From positions 157,042 through 221,041 of the forward strand of contig MGHG01000009.1 of assembly GCA_001793095.1 (NCBI GenBank): 64,000 bases of DNA. Reading direction: 5' to 3'. The stretch's first letter is position 1. Each line of letters opens with the position of its first letter. The position numbers and the translations under genes are program-made. Below the pieces are notes generated by a model. That model made no database searches. It was not told the DNA's origin and was given only the letters and a program-made list of their open reading frames with translations. This stretch comes from Candidatus Woesebacteria bacterium RIFCSPLOWO2_01_FULL_39_23 (GTDB lineage: Bacteria > Patescibacteriota > Microgenomatia > UBA8517). Below, piece by piece: positions 58,533 to 64,000 of this stretch.

Positions 58533-58983
58533 CCGACTTCTTTACCCCCAAGTTTCTTTGGCGGGAAAGCTCTTCGACCATGTCCACTGAATTTTTAGCT
58601 ACTAGATCTTCCCTTTTTTGCCAAATTTCCATATCCCAAACCTCAATTCTATTCATCAATCCGACAAAAACGATGTCATGTGTAATTTTTGCGTAATCTA
58701 TCAAAACCTTAGGAACAACAAATCTCCCTTGATTATCCGTTTCAATTTCAAACGCACTTCCTAAGATAAATCTATCCGTGTCTCGAACAGGAAGTGTTAT
58801 AAGATCAGTTTTTCCCGTTAATTTATTTAAAAGATCACTCCAGCTTTTGTTTGATACTATTACAAGGCATCCCTCATACCATCTGGCAATAATAGCCGAA
58901 TCGCCTATTTCTTCCCTAAATTTCTTAGGTAAAGCAGCCCTGTTTTTCTCCGTCAACTTGGCTATATAATGTCCTATCAACAT
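58525..58983 (-). CDS. mraZ: transcriptional regulator MraZ
   Basis: Duplicated MraZ fold (GHYIAKLTEKNRAALPKKFRE ... DNQGRFVVPKVL), first gene of the dcw cluster. Confidence 0.85.
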   Translation of the reverse strand: MLIGHYIAKLTEKNRAALPKKFREEIGDSAIIARWYEGCLVIVSNKSWSDLLNKLTGKTDLITLPVRDTDRFILGSAFEIETDNQGRFVVPKVLIDYAKITHDIVFVGLMNRIEVWDMEIWQKREDLVAKNSVDMVEELSRQRNLGVKKSGE

Positions 58984-59125
58984 GAACTTTTTTAATATGA
59001 CAGTTTGTTCCTTTTATCACCGCTTTTCACCACTTTCTACCATTTTGATATCTTTTCACGGAGGTGTCAAGACAAATATTACCCGAAGTACTATATAAAT
59101 TTCCGGTCGCTGTGCTGAAGGAAGG

Positions 59126-59872
59126 TTAGCTTTCTGAAGTCCCGATAAAAACTCCAATGCCGTATGTTTTATCTTCTTCTATTTTCACCCAATCGTCACC
59201 ACCAAAATAAAACTGTCGATTTGCATCTTCTAAAGCAACCTCACCATTTTCTGTCCCATCTGTTGAAGAAAAAATACCATAAGGCCCAGCTTCTACATTT
59301 CCATCATAATCCTTTGGCAAACCGAAAGTTTGCATGACGATAAAAAAACCGGTCTTCGGAACCGAGCTCAAATTAAAACTGAACTTATTATCCTTCGACA
59401 CTAATGTTTCAGTATGTGAAAAAAGATTAAAATCGGTCATAAATTTAGCGGCCAACTTGCCCTCCTCATCTCTGAACTTTAAAGATAGGCTCCCGTCTTT
59501 TACGCCCTCGTCGTATCTGAATTTACCTGAAGATTCCGACCCCATAAGCAACTTTCTCTCAATCGACCCCGAACCTTCCAATTTTATAGTTCCCGGAACG
59601 CCCTGGATTCGTCCATCCGGAAGATTATATAAAAGTTCATAATCAAGCGAGTCTGCCGAAACCCTGATTCTTTCAATTTTTAGATTTAACCAATGGCCGT
59701 CTTCTGAGGGAGTAAGGGAAACAAACGGTCTGTCTTTCAAGGCAATCTCGGGAATTGTTTCCTCACCCTCTTCGATATCGACATTTTTATTTTTATTTTT
59801 GACGAAAAGAAAAGCACCAACTAAAACAATTACTCCGACTAAAAGTATAATAAACGGTAAATATTTCTTCAT
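59126..59872 (-). CDS. hypothetical membrane-anchored / secreted protein
   Basis: N-terminal TM or signal anchor; no motifs. Confidence 0.4.
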   Translation of the reverse strand: MKKYLPFIILLVGVIVLVGAFLFVKNKNKNVDIEEGEETIPEIALKDRPFVSLTPSEDGHWLNLKIERIRVSADSLDYELLYNLPDGRIQGVPGTIKLEGSGSIERKLLMGSESSGKFRYDEGVKDGSLSLKFRDEEGKLAAKFMTDFNLFSHTETLVSKDNKFSFNLSSVPKTGFFIVMQTFGLPKDYDGNVEAGPYGIFSSTDGTENGEVALEDANRQFYFGGDDWVKIEEDKTYGIGVFIGTSES

Positions 59873-59883
59873 TTCTTTATTTT

Positions 59884-61272
59884 TTAGCTTTTCAGTCTAT
59901 TTTCAAAGTAATTCTCTAACTTGTCAACTGAAACCCTTTCCTGTTTGGTTGTGTCTCGATCTCTAACTGTAACCGAATTATCATCAAGGGTTTGAAAATC
60001 AATCGTAACACACCAGGGCGTACCAATCTCATCCTGAGAAAAGTATCTTTTGCCTATATTTCCCCTTTCGTCCCAAGCTACACTAAACAACTCAAGTAAA
60101 GATGCATAAACCCCCCTTGCTTTAGATACTAGATCGGACTTATTTGCCAATAAAGGAAAGACTGCAATCTTATAAGGTGCTAATTGCGGTTTTATTTTAA
60201 TAACCACCCTTTTTTTATCATGATCTTCCTTATATCCGTTAAGCAATAAAGCCAAAAGAGGCCTATCCATACCAAAAGTTGGTTCAATAACATGCGGGAT
60301 AAATTTATTATTCGTAGCGGGATCCGTGTAGCGTAAGTCAACTCCTGACTTTTCCATGTGATTTTTAAGGTCAAAATCGGTTCGATACGCAATGGCGAAC
60401 ATTTCTTTAAAGCCCCAAGGATATTCAAAGTCTAAATCCTCGGTTTTTTTAGAATAATGTGCTCGTTCTTTATCCGTGTGTTCCCGCCATCTCAGCTTTT
60501 TATCATCAAGACCTAGTACTTGTGTAGCAAAATTCCATATTTCCCCTTTCCAAAAATCATATACGTCCTCCCATTTTTGACTTTCCGGATCAAAGAAATA
60601 TTCAAACTCCGATAAATTAAATTGGAGTGTTCTAAACGTCAGTTTCCCTTTTGTAATCTCGTTCCTGAAAGCTGATCCTGACTGAGCCAATCCAAACGGT
60701 AGTCTCGGCGAAATCGAATCCAAAACGTTCTTAAAATTGACAAACATGCCCTGGGCAATTTCACCACGTAAATAGGCTAAAGATTTTTCTCCAGAAACAA
60801 TTCCTATATGTGTCTCAAATAAATTATTGAACATCCGAGGTTTGGTCCAATTAAATTTATGACAATTTGGGCAAGGAATCCTCTCTTCGTTAACAATTTT
60901 CTCAATTTCTTCTGCGCTATATCCCTCGACAGATCTTTTCTCATCTTTTCCTGCGTAAAACTCCTCCACTAAATAATCACCCCTTGCACGGAATTGACAA
61001 TCCTTACAATCAATCATTACCTCAGCAAAATGTGCAACATGTCCTGAAGCTTCCCACACTTTTGGGCTCATCAATATATTCGTATCAAGACCGTATATGT
61101 CTCCCCTGGTTGTAATAAAATAATTCCACCAGAGATTTTTTATGTTTCTTAACAATTCAACACCTAGTGGACCGTAGTCATATGTATTTGCCAATCCACC
61201 ATATATCTCGCTCCCAGGAAATATGAATCCCCTTCTTTTGCATAAAGACGTTATTTTCTCCATCAAATCCAT
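59884..61272 (-). CDS. glyQS: glycine--tRNA ligase, single-chain alpha2 type
   Basis: N-terminus KRRGFIFPGSEIYGGLANTYDYGPLGVEL and class II motifs; 462 aa. Confidence 0.9.
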   Translation of the reverse strand: MDLMEKITSLCKRRGFIFPGSEIYGGLANTYDYGPLGVELLRNIKNLWWNYFITTRGDIYGLDTNILMSPKVWEASGHVAHFAEVMIDCKDCQFRARGDYLVEEFYAGKDEKRSVEGYSAEEIEKIVNEERIPCPNCHKFNWTKPRMFNNLFETHIGIVSGEKSLAYLRGEIAQGMFVNFKNVLDSISPRLPFGLAQSGSAFRNEITKGKLTFRTLQFNLSEFEYFFDPESQKWEDVYDFWKGEIWNFATQVLGLDDKKLRWREHTDKERAHYSKKTEDLDFEYPWGFKEMFAIAYRTDFDLKNHMEKSGVDLRYTDPATNNKFIPHVIEPTFGMDRPLLALLLNGYKEDHDKKRVVIKIKPQLAPYKIAVFPLLANKSDLVSKARGVYASLLELFSVAWDERGNIGKRYFSQDEIGTPWCVTIDFQTLDDNSVTVRDRDTTKQERVSVDKLENYFENRLKS

Positions 61273-61296
61273 GCAATTGAATTATAACCCTAGTCA

Positions 61297-61325
61297 TTGA
61301 CTGTTATCCACTAATATCTTATTAT
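61297..61325 (+). promoter_or_regulatory. sigma70-like promoter TTGACT–17 nt–TATTAT placed 5 nt upstream of the ATG at 61331 (leaderless transcript expected). In the divergent glyQS region.
   Basis: Read directly from the sequence. Confidence 0.35.
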
Positions 61326-61330
61326 GAAAC

Positions 61331-61564
61331 ATGGGATTAAAGCACGAGGCTTTAGATACACTTAATAAGATGGGTATCAGTGTGCTTAGACAAGGTGAAT
61401 TTTACATAGAGAATCCTGGAAATATTACTCTAGGTACATTCACCATTAACGAACCAGAAAAAAAGGTTGTACTAAAACCCATTGTACGAATAGGCTGGGG
61501 TGGAACTTACTTTGCGAAAGATCCAGAGAAAGAGGATCCAGGCAAGACTTCGGCTTCCACTTAA
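61331..61564 (+). CDS. hypothetical 77-aa protein
   Basis: ORF with a good upstream promoter; no family. Confidence 0.3.
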   Translation: MGLKHEALDTLNKMGISVLRQGEFYIENPGNITLGTFTINEPEKKVVLKPIVRIGWGGTYFAKDPEKEDPGKTSAST

Positions 61565-61623
61565 ATAGCCCCAACTGAAACAAATCTACACATCTGGTAA
61601 ATTATTACACAACAACATTAGAT

Positions 61624-62748
61624 TTATTTACCACTGTCAAGCTCTGCCAACTCCAAGCCCTTTATCTGTAGCGCTGATGAACCCACTCTTCCCTGCACAT
61701 TCCCGACGATATTAGCCGAAGCTGTAATTAATCTTTGCATTTGCCCTTCCCTCGCCCGCCAAACTCTCTCAAAAGAAGCCCGCTCCTTTAGGATTTGGTC
61801 TTGCATTTCTTTATAAACTTCGACTAAAGACTCAAGTTGCTGCTTGAACTCATGTGAGGTAATATAGTCGTAAAGATTTTCAGCTTTATCTCCCTTATGC
61901 GCAGAAACCGCTTTTTGAAAACCTAAATCAAGAAGGTTTTTTCTTAAAATTGTTGCCATTGGTAACATCTGTCCATATCCGCATACCCAAACCCCCTCTT
62001 TCAAACCCAGGCCGCTTTCAGCTTCTTTCGGAAGAGCTGAACTTACAATTATTGGAATATTCGCCTTCTCAGCTCGTAAATCGCTCTTGAGTTTGATAAG
62101 CCACGAATCCGTCCATGCCTTTGTCCTTTTAGATTCCCATAAAATTGTCCCGCAGACAAAACCTTTTGGACTTCTTACAACCTGCCTAACATCCGCACCA
62201 CTCACTCCTTTTCCAACGGCTTCAATTTCATCATGAGGAAAGGCTCTTCGTAGAGTCTCTTCCAGATCCAACTCTAACACCTCCCCCTGAAGTTGCTGAG
62301 AACCCAGCTGAGCTTTATTCTTAGCCTCTTCTAAGGCATTCTTTAAGTCATCAATTAACTTATCCTTTTCCTTGTCCTTTAGCCTATGTTCCTCAACCGC
62401 TTGTCTAAGCGTTGCTTCTTCAATTCTTTTTCTTTCGATATCTATTTTTCTTTGAATTTCCAACCCCATTTCCTTCTCACGTTCCTCCAACTTTCTCTTA
62501 TCTTCTCTTAACTTAAGCTCATTTTCTCTAAGTTCTTCAACTTTTTCATTTTTTTCCTCAAGTTGCTTTCTTAAATCGCCAACTTCCAAGCTTTGTTTTT
62601 CTTCAACTTCTTTCTCGACTTGCTTTCTAATCTCCATTTCTGCCTCAAGCTTTATCTCATGTTTCAAAGCCTCGCTTATTTCAAAATTTTTGCCGCAATG
62701 AGGACATTTAAAATTGGTGGCCATAACTCCTACGATTCTAACACTCAA
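61624..62748 (-). CDS. DUF2130-like protein: N-terminal CxxC zinc-ribbon-like segment, long Glu/Lys/Arg coiled coil, conserved C-terminal globular domain
   Basis: CPHCGKNF start, about 130 aa of EK-rich coiled coil, then FPHDEIEAVGKGVSGADV...GTILWESKRTKAW. It overlaps recO by 4 nt. Confidence 0.5.
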   Translation of the reverse strand: MSVRIVGVMATNFKCPHCGKNFEISEALKHEIKLEAEMEIRKQVEKEVEEKQSLEVGDLRKQLEEKNEKVEELRENELKLREDKRKLEEREKEMGLEIQRKIDIERKRIEEATLRQAVEEHRLKDKEKDKLIDDLKNALEEAKNKAQLGSQQLQGEVLELDLEETLRRAFPHDEIEAVGKGVSGADVRQVVRSPKGFVCGTILWESKRTKAWTDSWLIKLKSDLRAEKANIPIIVSSALPKEAESGLGLKEGVWVCGYGQMLPMATILRKNLLDLGFQKAVSAHKGDKAENLYDYITSHEFKQQLESLVEVYKEMQDQILKERASFERVWRAREGQMQRLITASANIVGNVQGRVGSSALQIKGLELAELDSGK

Positions 62749-63290
62749 CTCAACATTCTTCTACCCACCCTCGCAGAATTCATTTTTCGCTCGACAATGT
62801 CCTCGATAACTCGATCCGGATTTGTGATAGTCTTCCCCCTTGGCCAGAAACCTAAATTGGTCAACACCTCATATATAAAATTCTGCCGAAGATCCTTTAA
62901 ATTATCACCGCTTTTTAGTAAGTTCAAATATTTTACCATTAACTCATATATTTCATCATGTGCTTCATTTTCCACCGTAATTCTACCTATTACCTCCATC
63001 AAATAATAGGCAACTGCAACTTTTTTTAAATCCTTTTTTATGTCGATAAATGATTCAATCTGGATAGATTCTGTCATAATATCGATACTTTTTGTTTTTG
63101 ACGCAGAAAATTTCACTATATTAAAAATTTCGATAGATCCACGCTTTTTACTTTTTGGTTTTCTAACGCCTTTTGCAATGAGACTAATTTTCCCAAAATT
63201 TTTGCTGAAGATGACAACTATTCTATCGGCTTCAGAATAATTTCTTCTGGCTAAGACAATTCCAAGTGAAGTATACGCATGCTGGAGCAT
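62745..63290 (-). CDS. recO: DNA repair protein RecO, short form (OB-fold N-domain plus helical domain, no obvious Zn finger)
   Basis: GIVLARRNYSEADRIVVIFSKNFGKISLIAKGVRKPKSKK is the RecO N-terminal signature; 181 aa. Confidence 0.55.
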   Translation of the reverse strand: MLQHAYTSLGIVLARRNYSEADRIVVIFSKNFGKISLIAKGVRKPKSKKRGSIEIFNIVKFSASKTKSIDIMTESIQIESFIDIKKDLKKVAVAYYLMEVIGRITVENEAHDEIYELMVKYLNLLKSGDNLKDLRQNFIYEVLTNLGFWPRGKTITNPDRVIEDIVERKMNSARVGRRMLS

Positions 63291-64000
63291 TATATATTAA
63301 GCCTGAATTCTTTATCTCCTTTTAGGGTAAATTCCTGGTCATATTTACCTAATTTAATGCTATGTAAGGGAGAATCAGTGCCGGGTTGTTTTTGAATGAG
63401 TAGCTTATAACTATCCTTAACTTTAAATGGTAGTTTATATTTTACGGTAATTTTTGCAACTCCCTGAGGTCTTAATTTGTAAAAACCGGCAAATACCGTT
63501 TTCCCCAAATCTTCGTATGGGTCAATTTTCTCTTCCAACCCGTCTACAGAAATCAGCTCACTTCCTTTAGGAGTATATATTCTGATCCAATCAGGTAGTA
63601 CAGAATTTAACCAACCATCTTGCTTTTCGGGGTTTTTGTAGGTAAGTGTTAATTCTTTCTCAACTGAGCCGTCTTTGGCTATTTTAACCACCTGACTTAC
63701 TTCCTGAGTAGTGTATAAATTCGATTTTCTTCCTCCTAAATTGGCGTCATTTATGTAAAGATAGTCACCGCCGTATTCCTTTACGGTTCCACCGATCCCA
63801 AGGGTTTCAACGGCATCCTGAGATTTCTCGTCAAACAAATAAAAGAGTACATGTTTTTCGTTCAAAGATTTTATACCGGCTTCAAATAATGCCGGAAGCT
63901 TCTCCTTTGGCTGTCCCATGGTGTTTGCGAGAATCGAATTCATTAAAGGTCCTATTATCTTTTTCCTGTTATCGTAATTCGGAGGGGCAAAGACGATCTT
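63290..64000 (-). CDS. hypothetical protein, 5'-partial at the window edge (the frame stays open upstream of the first Met at 63943)
   Basis: The ORF continues without a stop to position 64000. No family recognised. Confidence 0.4.
   Translation of the reverse strand, partial: KIVFAPPNYDNRKKIIGPLMNSILANTMGQPKEKLPALFEAGIKSLNEKHVLFYLFDEKSQDAVETLGIGGTVKEYGGDYLYINDANLGGRKSNLYTTQEVSQVVKIAKDGSVEKELTLTYKNPEKQDGWLNSVLPDWIRIYTPKGSELISVDGLEEKIDPYEDLGKTVFAGFYKLRPQGVAKITVKYKLPFKVKDSYKLLIQKQPGTDSPLHSIKLGKYDQEFTLKGDKEFRLNI

Noticed and set aside
1-64000. Alternative genetic code (UGA=Gly, code 25) as in some CPR lineages
   Set aside because: All long conserved genes (ileS, murA–G, ftsZ, gatAB and others) are full-length and stop-free under the standard code, with UGA used as terminator. 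There is no evidence for reassignment.

Overview
This 64-kb window is AT-rich (roughly 35% GC by eye), densely coding and mostly on the minus strand. It reads like a small-genome bacterium, possibly Patescibacteria/CPR-like, but that is inference from gene content and compact gene sizes only. It uses the standard genetic code, since long genes are intact with UGA as stop.

The core content is:
- A gatC–gatA–(MFS transporter)–gatB operon that continues into a degenerate GGDEF-domain gene.
- An htpX–lemA pair and a PolX (family-X polymerase with PHP domain) gene.
- A large IleRS, a single-chain GlyRS, the ribosomal genes rplU–rpmA tightly followed by parB, and guaB and lepB.
- A complete 18-gene division/cell-wall (dcw) cluster (mraZ, rsmH, ftsL, ftsI, murA, murE, murC, murB, murD, murI, ddl, murF, mraY, ftsW, murG, ftsQ, ftsA, ftsZ). 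It carries murA, murB, murI and ddl inside the cluster, arranged in roughly biosynthetic order.
- Four intact tRNAs: Asp-GTC, Gly-CCC, Thr-CGT and Val-CAC (minus strand).

The accessory content is the part worth a second look:
1. A cellulose-synthase-like GT2 (QxxRW motif) is translationally coupled to an 878-aa fusion of a PMT/ArnT-type GT-C membrane domain and a GH8 endoglucanase domain.
2. A surface-glycan island contains a Wzy_C-like ligase and four GT2 enzymes, one of which is a GT2::polytopic-membrane fusion.
3. The tRNA-Asp to tRNA-Thr interval holds a UDG-superfamily protein, an FkbM methyltransferase, a LysM protein, and a leaderless GIY-YIG endonuclease gene. That gene is wedged between a 5' tRNA-Gly fragment, an intact tRNA-Gly(CCC) and a 3' tRNA fragment.
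4. Two paralogous ~35–41-aa ORFs under evident purifying selection flank an opposite-strand 80-aa gene of anomalous GC.
5. A Nudix / PNPOx-like / SAM-methyltransferase operon sits just downstream of that locus.
6. A perfect 21-bp palindrome is embedded in the lepB promoter.
7. Three small ORFs of unknown function, with a GC-rich structured intergenic segment, lie between ileS and the dcw cluster.
8. A 4-nt-overlapping short recO → DUF2130-like gene pair sits near the right edge.

No CRISPR array, integrase, transposase or phage structural genes were seen.
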